NCBI GenBank assembly: GCA_965201075.1
Contig: CBDAVP010000016.1
Coordinates: 1 to 64,000 of the forward strand
Source of the DNA: Isosphaeraceae bacterium
GTDB taxonomy: Bacteria > Planctomycetota > Planctomycetia > Isosphaerales > Isosphaeraceae
DNA: 64,000 nucleotides
Reading direction: 5' to 3'
Shown: piece after piece, positions 1 through 9,172 of the stretch
Position numbering within the stretch: the first letter of the stretch is position 1
Layout: each line of letters begins with the position of its first letter
The notes under the pieces: model-generated
Database searches by the model: none
What the model was told of the DNA's origin: nothing
The model's input: the letters and a program-made list of their open reading frames with translations, nothing else
Program-made: the position numbers and the translations under genes

Positions 1-43
1 CCGTTTCCTCGGCCCGTGGCGATTCGGGGTCGCGGAGGGCCGG
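1..43. repeat. 43-bp direct repeat, copy 1 (copy 2 at 287-329)
   Basis: ccgtttcctcggcccgtggcgattcggggtcgcggagggccgg matches 287-329 with one mismatch. Confidence 0.9.
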
Positions 44-102
44 AGTGGGGGTTGCTTCGGGAGAACGCGGTCGATCCTTGTTTCCGCCGGCGTATGGCCT
101 AG

Positions 103-155
103 CCGGACCGGGGTCTCGAAGACGAGACCCCAGCCACCCCAATATGCGATTCTTC
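103..155. repeat. REP-like palindromic element, inverted partner of 3005-3057
   Basis: Contains the hairpin GGGGTCTCG-AAGA-CGAGACCCC and matches the reverse complement of 3005-3057 at 51/53 positions. Confidence 0.85.
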
Positions 156-286
156 TCGAAGGGTATGGATGGTTGTTGCCCTTTCCCTTGCCCCCGCGTA
201 CCCCCGCGGGCCGAGGAAAAAGGGACAGGCACTCGCGGCGATGGGTCAAGGGGAGGGCGACTGTGTTGGGTCGCGAGAGCCAGTTT

Positions 287-329
287 CCGTTTCATCGGCC
301 CGTGGCGATTCGGGGTCGCGGAGGGCCGG
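287..329. repeat. 43-bp direct repeat, copy 2
   Basis: Matches 1-43 with one mismatch. Confidence 0.9.
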
Positions 330-383
330 GGTGGCGATTTCTCGGGGGATCGGAGGTACGGGGGCTGGGATGATCGGTCGGGT

Positions 384-1388
384 TCAGGCTGAGGATGAGT
401 TGGGGAAGACTCCGTTTTGTTCGATGCGGATCGGGGGGAGGCCCACGATGTCGTAGGTTGATGAGGCGATGGCGATCCCCGCGTCGTCGAGGGCCTGGAG
501 GATGTCGCGACTCATCGCATCCTTCAGGTCGCGGATTCCCCGGTCCTCGGCGATGAACCGGACGGAGAGTTCGAGCCAGTTGTCGGTCAGGCGGTAGAAG
601 ACCTTGGGGTGCATCTCGGCGGTTTTCAGAAAGTAACGCCGTTGCATTTCTTGCAAGGAGGCTTCGCTCATGGACTCGATGCGGACCGTGGTTTTTTGGG
701 CGACTTCCAGGAGGATTTGCTCGGCTCGCTTTCGGTCGCCCGTGTAGGGGATGGGCAAGGTCATCTCATCCCAGATGTAGGGGAAGTCACGGGTGTAGTT
801 GTAGACGGGTTCCTCGAAGATCTTGGCGTTGGAGACGGTAACGACTCGCCCGGAGTACTGGCGGCCTCGGACCCACATGGCGGGGTCGGCGTTCTGGACG
901 GCGGGGGGCTGGCCCATCTCCATGATGGTCGTCTGGATGAAGCCCAGGGCGATGACGTCGCCTCGGACCCCTCCCATCGAGATCCGGTCACCGACGTTGA
1001 AGGTTTGGCCTCGGAGGATCACGAAGTAGCCGGCGATGGAGGTGACGACCTTCTGGAGGGCGAAGGCCAGACCGGCGGTGACCAGCCCTAGCGCCGTGGT
1101 CAGGCGGGTGGGGTCGTCGAACCAGATGGAGACGAGGCCGAGGATCATGATGACCGCGGTGGAGAGTCGCACTCCCTGTCGGGTCCAGAACCGGACGTTG
1201 GCCTCGGAACGACCTCGGAGGAGTCTTTGGGTGAGAGACTGGAGGAATCGGCTGAGGAACATCAGCAGGGCGATGAAGCCGAGCGTGAAGAGGACCTTGA
1301 AGCCGTTCTCGGCGTTGACGCCGACGAGTTTCACGCCGAGGATTTCGACCGCTCGATTGGGGCCGACAAGACGAACAAATTGATCCAT
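384..1388 (-). CDS. mscS: Small-conductance mechanosensitive channel (MscS family)
   Basis: TM helices, then LGLVTAGLAFALQ...IAGYFVILRGQTFNVGDRISMGGVRGDV, the MscS TM3/beta-domain signature. Confidence 0.9.
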   Translation of the reverse strand: MDQFVRLVGPNRAVEILGVKLVGVNAENGFKVLFTLGFIALLMFLSRFLQSLTQRLLRGRSEANVRFWTRQGVRLSTAVIMILGLVSIWFDDPTRLTTALGLVTAGLAFALQKVVTSIAGYFVILRGQTFNVGDRISMGGVRGDVIALGFIQTTIMEMGQPPAVQNADPAMWVRGRQYSGRVVTVSNAKIFEEPVYNYTRDFPYIWDEMTLPIPYTGDRKRAEQILLEVAQKTTVRIESMSEASLQEMQRRYFLKTAEMHPKVFYRLTDNWLELSVRFIAEDRGIRDLKDAMSRDILQALDDAGIAIASSTYDIVGLPPIRIEQNGVFPNSSSA

Positions 1389-1452
1389 ATGCGTGAGGAC
1401 TCTTGATTGTTAGGTAGGGATCAGGAGAGAGTCATGGGCCGAATCGCGACGA

Positions 1453-2793
1453 TCATGATGATTCGCCCGTCCCATCCAGGACGGCGAGGGCGTTGCGGAA
1501 GCGTAGATCGGCGTCGAGACGGTCGGAGGAGTCGTTCAGCCCTTCCTGGCTACCGCGGTGGATCAGGACGGCGTGTCGCCTGAGCGCGTCGTGGAACTCG
1601 GGGTTGGTGGTGTCGCGGGCGACGGCTTCGATGGTTTCCAGGAGTCGCAAGGTGACCGAGACGTCGGAGCGGGCGGCCTGGCGGATCTGGTTGAAGGAGG
1701 CGTCGATGATTCCTGGGATCGTCGAGGTGTCGGTGACGACTCTCAGGCGGCCCTCGTCGTCGAGGCGGTAGGGGGAGGGGATGTCTTTCTCGGCAAGGGT
1801 GCAGAGGGCCGCGCCGAGGCGGTCGACGCAGTTGATGGCGGTGAATGGGTCGTTGATGCCGGGAGAGAGGGCCCTGACGGCGATTTCGACGAGCTGGTCG
1901 ATGGCGAACTCGATGTCCTGGGTGAGCGTTCGCCTGCGGCCGAAGTAGAAGGCATCGCGGACCTGGTCGGCGAACTCGTCGTTGACCCGTTCGGCGGGCC
2001 AGGCGCGGACGAGGTGACTGCCTTTGAAGAAGAACTGGCCGGGGCGCTGGTCGAGCTTGAGGATGACGTCGTTACTCTTGGCGAGACGCATCAGCTTTTC
2101 GAGGTCGATGGCCTGGAGATAGTCACTGCACGAGGAGCGGACGGCGCGGGCCTCGCGATCGAAGGTTTCGGGGAGGTGGCCCTGGTGGCCAGGCGAGGCC
2201 GAGGGGCCCTGGCCGATGCTCGCGGGGTAGAGTCGGTTGATGGCTTCGTGGAGGTCTCGACTGACGCCCGCGATGACGTTTTCGGCCTGGATGGACTCGG
2301 CGGAGTGGTGGACGAAGTAGATGAGGACGCCGATGCTCGCGAGGGTCAGGAACAGGCCGACGGTGACGGAGATGTGGGGGACGAATTGCTCGCCTTCGGT
2401 TCCGTTGACGGTCCTGAGGATGAGGAGGCAAAAGGTAAAGGTCGCGATGAAGGTGCCGATGGCGATCTGGTTGCCGCGGTCCCTCATGAAATTTCGCAAG
2501 AGACGGGGACCGAACTGGGCGGAAGCGAGCTGGAGGGCGACGATGGTGATGGAGAAGGTGACGCTGGCGATGGTCATCATCGAGCCGGCCACCGCTGAGA
2601 GGAGGGCCCTTGAGCCTTCGGGGCCTCGGGTGAAGGTCCAGCCGAGGGTGGCGATCGAGCTATGGTTGCCCGTCGCCTTGTCGAGGGAGAGGGTGAACAG
2701 GGACAGGGCGATGGCCGCGATGACCATCAAGGTGGGCATGAACCAGAAGCTTGTTCGGATGTCGTCCCACTTGCTTTCGAGCCAAAGCTTCAT
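1453..2793 (-). CDS. DUF2254-family membrane protein
   Basis: SITIVALQLASAQFGPRLLRNFMRD and QLVEIAVRALSPGINDPFTA motifs typical of this family. Confidence 0.85.
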   Translation of the reverse strand: MKLWLESKWDDIRTSFWFMPTLMVIAAIALSLFTLSLDKATGNHSSIATLGWTFTRGPEGSRALLSAVAGSMMTIASVTFSITIVALQLASAQFGPRLLRNFMRDRGNQIAIGTFIATFTFCLLILRTVNGTEGEQFVPHISVTVGLFLTLASIGVLIYFVHHSAESIQAENVIAGVSRDLHEAINRLYPASIGQGPSASPGHQGHLPETFDREARAVRSSCSDYLQAIDLEKLMRLAKSNDVILKLDQRPGQFFFKGSHLVRAWPAERVNDEFADQVRDAFYFGRRRTLTQDIEFAIDQLVEIAVRALSPGINDPFTAINCVDRLGAALCTLAEKDIPSPYRLDDEGRLRVVTDTSTIPGIIDASFNQIRQAARSDVSVTLRLLETIEAVARDTTNPEFHDALRRHAVLIHRGSQEGLNDSSDRLDADLRFRNALAVLDGTGESS

Positions 2794-3004
2794 CGCATTC
2801 CCATGAGTTTTCGAGAGTGAGGAACGGCCGAACGGGCCGGTTCCAGGCTACCGGCGTGGCCTCGTAGAGGGAAGCCGACGCCCGTGGTTTCCTCGCGGTC
2901 GTTTTCTGGTGGAGGGGCGGGTGGGACAACTCGGGAGTTTCTGGGGCTGGTTGCTGGAAATTTGTCGACAGCGGGATTAGCAAGAATCACCTGCCCAATT
3001 CCAG

Positions 3005-3099
3005 GAAGAATCGCATGTTCGGGTGGCTGGGGTCTCGTCTTCGAGACCCCGGTCCGGGCAGCAACCACTGGGGTCTCGAAGACGAGCCCCGAGCCACCC
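3005..3099. repeat. REP doublet (REPIN/BIME-like): two inverted REP units
   Basis: gggtggctggggtctcgtcttcgagacccc (3021-3050), a 19-nt spacer, then ggggtctcgaagacgagccccgagccaccc (3070-3099). Confidence 0.8.
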
Positions 3100-3309
3100 A
3101 CGCCAATCCCTTTACCAGATGATTTCTGCCCAAATCCTTGGCGGGTTTCGGGGGGGGAGGCGGTGGCGTCGTGGTCGCGGGCCGGGTATGACGCGGGGAG
3201 GGTCGGCGGGATTTGCTTCGTGGGGCCGGGTGGTTGGGATTGGGTTCTCAAGGAAAAGGGGAGGCCCGATGATGGGTTGGGGACGATTCTGGGTGATCCG
3301 CGGGGGGTG

Positions 3310-4208
3310 GTTGGCGGAGTATGACGTGAGGGTGTCGCTGGATTGCCCGCAGGCGGCTCCGGTGGGGGGGCGCTGGTTCGTGATCGCGGCGGATACGAGT
3401 TACGCGTCGGCTCCGTCGGCGGGGGGTCCGTATCCGCCGGGGATGGTTCCTTATGACGTGGGGGACCTGTTCGTTCCCAAGTCGCTCTGGGATGGGCGTC
3501 GGCGGCTGGCTTGGGGTTGGGTGCGGGACCTGGAGGGGGGGAAGGATCGGGGGAAGCCGCTTTGGGGAGGGACCTTGAGCCTGGCGAGAGAGCTTTTCGC
3601 CGACGAGGGGGGTCGGCTTTGCTCGCGGGCTCCGGCCGAGGTGGTGGGGGCGTTTGGGGAGACGGTTTTGGACCTGGCGGATCGGCCGGCGCTTCGTGAG
3701 GGGTCGCGGGGGTGGCGGTATGGCGGGGTCGGTTTGGAGTCGGTTGAGGGGGGGGGCGTCAAGGAGTTTCGAGGCGCCTGGAGATTGTCTGGTCGAGGCC
3801 CGGGTGCGGCTCGACGTGGGGGCCTCGTTGACGTTGACGTTTCGGCGGCAGGGGGCGGGCGTGGGGGGATATCCCCTGACCTTGCGGCCCGGGAGGGGTC
3901 GGGTGGAGCTGGGGCGTGGTGACGAGCGGTTCACGAGGGGAGTGGACCTCGACGCGACGCGGCCGATCGGGTTGCAGGTGTTCGTGGTGGGGCCTTTGAT
4001 CGAGGCGTTCGTCGATGGGCGGTTTGCCCTGACCGGCCGGGCTTATGACTTCCGCTACGGAGCGTTGGGGCTGGAGGTGACTGGTGGACGGGCGGAGATC
4101 CTGGACCTGAAGGTTCGGGTCTTGCCGAAGGAGCGGCGGGGGCTGGGAGGCGAGGCGGTCCAGGGCCTGGAGGGTCGGGGTTCGTCGGTGGTCGGGGATC
4201 GCCGGTAG
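3310..4208 (+). pseudogene. 5'-truncated, frameshifted glycoside hydrolase family 32-like gene
   Basis: One frame gives DCPQ...DGRRRLAWGWV...WGGTLSLAREL. The next frame gives the C-terminal beta-sandwich (LQVFVVGPLIEAFVDGRFALTGRAY). The frames join at a G9 run (3748-3756). No N-terminal NDPN/RDP motifs are seen. Confidence 0.65.
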
Positions 4209-5252
4209 GACGAAGGTGGCTCCGAAGGTGGTACGCAAGGTGCCGTCGCCGAAGGTTTCGGCGAGGTCGGCCAGGCCGGTGAGGAGGCGGGGGGTGAGGG
4301 TTTCGGGGGGGACGGCGATGGCCAGGGACCAGAGGTCGGGTTGCTTCTGGGCGATCCAGCCGTGGTGACGGCAGGGGGTTGCCCTGGTTGGTGGCGGGCC
4401 GGGGAGGGGGCGGAACGGGGTTGCCAGGCGGTCCTGAAGCTGGTTGAGGAAGGGGTGGAGGCCGCATTGAGCGATAAAGTCGCGGAGGCGGGCTCGCGAG
4501 CGGTTGGCCCGGCAGGTTTGGTCTCGGTAGAGGTGCATGGTCTGGCGGAAGAGGTCGGGGATGTCGGGCTCGGCGAACCAGAGGGGCGGGGCGTGGGAGG
4601 TGGCCAGGAGCCAGCGGAAGCCGGGGGTGCCGTCGGGGGCTCGGGCGGCGACGAAGCTGAGGTCCTGGTTCCAGCAGGAGGCGCAGGGGGTTTCCCGGCC
4701 GTCGACGGAGGCAGTGATGCGACGGGGGAGGTCGGAGAGGAGCCGGTCGCCCAGGAAGACGTCGGTGAGGGCCCGGCAGAGGGGACGGGCGTCGAGGAGC
4801 TCGCCGGGGTCGAGGCCGGCCAGGAGGTGGGTGGGGATGTTGCGAATGTTGTCGTGGCCGGTCTGGCGGCCGGTGAGTCCTTCGGACTCGAGCCGGGCGA
4901 TGGCCGGGGGGAGATCACCGAGGCGGAGGCCGCGGACCTGGAGGTCGCCCTGGCGGGTGATTTCCAGGGGGCCGGAGCCTCGGCGGGCGACCTGGGCGCT
5001 GGCTCGGGCCTGGGAGGCGGTGAGTTCGCAGGCGGGGACGCGGACCCGGAGCATGTAGCGGGCGTCGGGGGCGTCGCGGTGGCGGGCGGCGAAGATTCCG
5101 TACCACTTCAGACGCTGGATGTCGGCGTAGGGGATGGCGTCCAGGGGCGTTGCCCGGCGGGCGTGGGCTTCCAGGTCACTCCAGACGTCGAAGCCGTGCT
5201 TCTGCCGCTTCCAGGCTTCGACGTCATTGGTGGCAGGCGCGGCCGTCGGCAT
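3759..5252 (-). pseudogene. NirA/SiR-like ferredoxin nitrite/sulfite reductase, C-terminally truncated
   Basis: LKWYGIF, YMLRVRVP, ITRQGDLQVRG, DNIRN, LPRR and RSRARLRDFI motifs are present. Similarity stops near 4140 and the siroheme/[4Fe-4S] cysteine domain is absent. ATG at 5252. Confidence 0.7.
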
Positions 5253-5324
5253 CCGGAGACTCTCGGCGACGAATTCGGGGGGGCGGACTGAGGTATGGAG
5301 ACATCGAGTCACGGGTTGGCCGGA

Positions 5325-5340
5325 TGCAACGCCGATGCCC
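5325..5340 (-). promoter_or_regulatory. Candidate sigma-54 (-24/-12) promoter for the nirA-like gene
   Basis: The minus strand reads GGGCATCGGCGTTGCA (GG-N10-GC, close to TGGCACNNNNNTTGCA), about 70 nt upstream of the ATG. Confidence 0.4.
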
Positions 5341-5642
5341 GCCCCGACGAGTGTCGTCGCCGAGAATGCGTGATGCGATGGAACTTCTGGTCGGGTAATG
5401 AGTAACGCCCTTCTTCGGTTTTGGAAGGGCGTGAGTTTTTCAGGGGATGTGCTTAATGTCGAGGCGGGGGCGACGAAGACCTTGGCAGGATGGTGGTCCG
5501 GGAAGTGCCGGGCCGGTTGCGATCGGCACCGGGGTTGCTGGTCCCTTTTTCGATTCGTGACGGGTCGGGCGAGGCTTGGGGCCGGAGCGTCCAGGGCTTG
5601 GGAATCTGCCACGGATTTCCCACTTTTGATTCGAGGTCCGAG

Positions 5643-6413
5643 ATGAGTCGATGGTTGGGAATGGTCCGCGGCCTGGCCGTGGTTGTCGCGCTGGTGGGTG
5701 TTTCCCGGATTTCGGGGGCTCAGGAGCCGACGGGCCGTGGGGCTCAGGATCGTCGATTCGAGGAGTTTGTTCGCAAGACGGCCGGGGGGATGGTCGCCGA
5801 TGTGGCCGTCGAGACCGAGCATGTCATGAAGGTCAAGGTGAAGGACTCGGTCTCTCCCGAGGATGTTCTGCCGCTGACCAAGAACTTGATGGCGGGGGCT
5901 CGGAAGGATTTCCCGGACGAGTTCATTTCGGTGGCGGTGTATGACCCGGCGGGCAAGCCGATTTTGCGGGCTCGGTTCCGGCCGGGCAAGGGCGTGGATT
6001 ACGAGGTGGTGCCGTCGAAGGGGCGTGAGGGACACGAGTTCTCGAAGTCTCCCGGGGCGGAGGGGCGGGAACCGGCCGCCGCGCCGGCTCCGACGGCCTC
6101 GACCACGGAACGGCCGGCGTCGAAGACCGGGAGGACCGAGCGGGATGTGAAGTTCGCCAAGTGGGCCGAGGAGAAGGGGCACGATTTCTTGCGGTATGTC
6201 GAGGCCGACCTGGAGGAGCATGGGCGAATCTGGTTTGGCGTGACGAAGGCGGTGGCCCCCAAGGATGTGCCGTCCTTGACCAAGTCGCTGCTGGAGGGGG
6301 CGCACAATGAGTTCCCCCGCAAGGACCTGACGGCCGTTGTGTTCGATCCCGAGGGGGAGCGGATCGGGACCGCGACCCTGGGCTCGGACGGCTCGGTCCA
6401 CTGGGATCATTGA
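5643..6413 (+). CDS. Secreted hypothetical protein with two homologous domains
   Basis: Signal peptide (MSRWLGMVRGLAVVVALVGV...GA-QE) and an internal repeat (VSPEDVLPLTKNLMAGARKDFP...VYDPAGKPI versus VAPKDVPSLTKSLLEGAHNEFP...VFDPEGERI). Confidence 0.75.
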   Translation: MSRWLGMVRGLAVVVALVGVSRISGAQEPTGRGAQDRRFEEFVRKTAGGMVADVAVETEHVMKVKVKDSVSPEDVLPLTKNLMAGARKDFPDEFISVAVYDPAGKPILRARFRPGKGVDYEVVPSKGREGHEFSKSPGAEGREPAAAPAPTASTTERPASKTGRTERDVKFAKWAEEKGHDFLRYVEADLEEHGRIWFGVTKAVAPKDVPSLTKSLLEGAHNEFPRKDLTAVVFDPEGERIGTATLGSDGSVHWDH

Positions 6414-6499
6414 ATTTCTCGCCAAGCTGCGGATGGTTCCGCCATCCGCCCGATTTGCCCAACCACCGATGAGAACAACACCCGGGGGAGATTCCGACG

Positions 6500-7024
6500 A
6501 TGCCGCAGTGGGGAACGCAGGACTATCGGAGCGCGGTGCTGGATCAGCTTTCCCAGGGGTCGGGCGGCAAAAGCGCCTCGGCTGACCAGGATCATGCCGA
6601 GCACTTCGAGAACTTCTCCTCGGGGGCTCCCCGGCGAGACGTGGAGGCGGGCGTCGGCGAGGCGTTTCATCCCGAAACTTTGCCCAGCGACCAGGTTGAG
6701 CCGGAATTCCGTCGCGCCGCCGAGCAGATGGAGCCCCACCAGCGGGCCGAGGTGACGCATGACCTGCTGGCCGAGTTGGCGGCTCATGGGCTGGCGCCGT
6801 CCTGGCTTCAGAAGCTGCTGGGGCTGCATTCGACCGACCCCAACCAGGCCAGCGCCGAGGATATGGCCAAGCTGAGCGAGTACTCTCGGCAGAACCATCC
6901 CGAGGTGTTCAAGAAGGTGGTGGCCGACAAGCCGTTCTTTGTCCGCTTGCTGAGCAAGCCGCTGGTGGCGGCGGTGGTCGGCATCATCGCCGGCAAGTTG
7001 CTGAGTCGTCATTACGACCAGTGA
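6500..7024 (+). CDS. Hypothetical protein with a C-terminal hydrophobic helix
   Basis: GGAG RBS upstream, host-like codon usage, C-terminal LLSKPLVAAVVGIIAGKLL. Confidence 0.75.
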   Translation: MPQWGTQDYRSAVLDQLSQGSGGKSASADQDHAEHFENFSSGAPRRDVEAGVGEAFHPETLPSDQVEPEFRRAAEQMEPHQRAEVTHDLLAELAAHGLAPSWLQKLLGLHSTDPNQASAEDMAKLSEYSRQNHPEVFKKVVADKPFFVRLLSKPLVAAVVGIIAGKLLSRHYDQ

Positions 7025-7135
7025 TCGCGGGCGATTTGCTTGGGAGTTCGAAGTTCTCCGGTTTGCTTTGATCCGGGATGGGCGGAGTTTGGGTCGTCCG
7101 TTCCGGTTTCTTCTTTCGCGAAAGGACAGAAGCGC

Positions 7136-7474
7136 GTGGGTTACTACCTCGGTTACGCCATTTTCGGGCTGATTGCGGGCGGGGTTGCTCGGCTGCTGCA
7201 TCCGGGCAAGGACCCGATGAACTGGTTGTGGACGATGGTGCTGGGGATCGGTGGTTCGTTGCTGGGCGGGTACATCGCCCAGGCCGGCGGGTTCGACACC
7301 ACCCACGGAGTGGTGAGCTGGGTCGCGGCGATCGGCGGGTCGGTCTTGCTGCTGGTGATCCACCGGATGTTGACGGCCCGGGGCGCTGTGGCTGGCGGTC
7401 CGTCGACCCCGGCCACCGGTAGCGGCTACAAGGAAGCCGTCTTTGACGATCTGTCGCGCGGTCCCAACGGCTGA
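7136..7474 (+). CDS. GlsB/YeaQ/YmgE (transglycosylase-associated) stress membrane protein
   Basis: IFGLIAGGVARLLHPGKDPMNWLWTMVLGIGGSLLGGYI signature; GTG start after AAGGA. Confidence 0.85.
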   Translation: MGYYLGYAIFGLIAGGVARLLHPGKDPMNWLWTMVLGIGGSLLGGYIAQAGGFDTTHGVVSWVAAIGGSVLLLVIHRMLTARGAVAGGPSTPATGSGYKEAVFDDLSRGPNG

Positions 7475-7504
7475 TTGGGTTGGACTGCGAGTCGTTGACT
7501 GGTC

Positions 7505-7533
7505 TTGAAGTCGATGACCGGTTGGCCGATAAT
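7505..7533 (+). promoter_or_regulatory. Sigma-70-type promoter for the tRNA
   Basis: TTGAAG-17 nt-GATAAT, about 50 nt upstream of the tRNA. Confidence 0.55.
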
Positions 7534-7585
7534 GATTCCTTCGCGAGGCCCCCTGGGTGACGAGCCGGGGGGCTTTCGATTTGCT

Positions 7586-7659
<74 letters not shown>

Positions 7660-8333
7660 TTCGTTTGAAAGTCAAATCCCACAAGGTTTTGCGGGGTTTT
7701 TCATTGCCTTCGTGCATTCTGATTCTCGAAGTATTTGGGCCAATGGGACGCCAGAGCGAGTTGTACTCGATCTCGAATAGCTGAATTTGCCGATTCGGGG
7801 GATGAGGAAGGCGGGGGATAGCCCCGTCGTTGAAGCGCGGACTTCCTTGACCTGGATGGTCCCGCTTCCCCGATCCTGGCCGGATTGGAACGCCACTCGA
7901 CCGTGCGAACATGCACTGTTGGGGGAGATTCTGGCGAGAGCTTGACGCTTTCGGCGGCTGGTCATGACACATGGCGATTCGATCGCGCCAATTTGCGCAT
8001 ACGGGTGGTGGGAGTGACCTCATCCACCGGGAAACTCGCCGACCCGCAGGGCCGTCGACTGCCCCATGATGGGTAGGACGTGGGGGAAATGTGCCTATTC
8101 CGCCAGGCGCTATCAACTTTCCCGCGGAGTTCTTCCCGACGGCCCTGTGCGTTCGTGACGGATCTCCGACTCGACCGGGAGCGCTTCTCGAAACGAGTTG
8201 GCGGCCCCCCGATCTTGACTACCGGGAAGGGGTGAGGCGAAAACGCCTCATAAAACGTAGCTGGTCGTTGACTTCGGATTCCCACGCGTTCACTGTAGAC
8301 CTGCTTTTCAGGTTTTACATATGGAGATTGGCG

Positions 8334-9038
8334 ATGCGGCTGCTATTCGTTATCGGTTTCCTGACGTGCGTCTCTGCCCAAGCTCGGGCCGAGGTGGTCT
8401 TCGACAAGCCCCCCAGCCCGCCGGATTTCTACGACACTTATGCATCCTCGAACCTGAACGCCGCGGGGGACTACGCCCTGGTGGTCGATGACTTCACGCT
8501 CGCGAAAGACTCCACGGTGAACGGGATCTCCTGGCGGGGGATGTATCTCAAGACCGACCCGACGACGGGAGCCTACGAGAACGCCGCCCCGAACTCCACC
8601 GGATGGTTCTTCGGCATCTATGTGGACGGAGGCTCCTCGAGCTTTCCATTCTCGCTGATTGGCTACACGTCCGTCGGAGCCGATGCGGTGACCGAGACGC
8701 TGGCTGGCACGGCCCCATTCGGGAACACGACGGTCGACTACTACAATGAGTCCGTCACGTTTGATGGGGAGTTCACGCTCGGGGCCAACTTCAAGTATTA
8801 CCTTGCCATCTACTCCTTCAATGCCGGCGATGGCACGTTCTTTAGTTGGAATTCTTCCAACGTGGGCGATGGAACGAGCTCGGATTACTATTCGGTGACG
8901 AACGCAACCACCACCGTGGGGCTCGACAGGACCTTCTCCCTCAGCAACTCGGCCGTTCCCGAGCCCTCCTCGCTGGCTCTGGCCGGTCTCGGCGCGCTCG
9001 GCATTGTGGGCCAGTTAAGGCGGCGGGCCCGAGCTTGA
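8334..9038 (+). CDS. PEP-CTERM sorting-domain protein
   Basis: N-terminal signal peptide; C-terminal VPEPSSLALAGLGALGIVGQLRRRARA; GGAGA RBS. Confidence 0.92.
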   Translation: MRLLFVIGFLTCVSAQARAEVVFDKPPSPPDFYDTYASSNLNAAGDYALVVDDFTLAKDSTVNGISWRGMYLKTDPTTGAYENAAPNSTGWFFGIYVDGGSSSFPFSLIGYTSVGADAVTETLAGTAPFGNTTVDYYNESVTFDGEFTLGANFKYYLAIYSFNAGDGTFFSWNSSNVGDGTSSDYYSVTNATTTVGLDRTFSLSNSAVPEPSSLALAGLGALGIVGQLRRRARA

Positions 9039-9172
9039 AGACGACTCCCCTGCCCCGTTCGCCATCCGCCACTGGCGCCGGTGGTCCGCCCAGGATCGCC
9101 GGTGCCGTATCGTCGGCCGATGATCCGTCGCTTGCTCATTGAGGGTGGTGGTTGGGTCTGGGGCGTCCCTGG

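Noticed and set aside
5253..5640. Cobalamin riboswitch (if the reductase were CobG)
   Set aside because: No recognisable B12-box or conserved core elements.
5253..6425. N-terminal half of the 888-aa ORF 3759-6425
   Set aside because: It is antisense to the secreted protein gene and intergenic DNA; reductase similarity begins only at the ATG at 5252.
7660..8330. Possible integrative element after the tRNA
   Set aside because: No integrase motifs in any listed ORF, and I saw no duplicated tRNA 3' end (att site) in the window.
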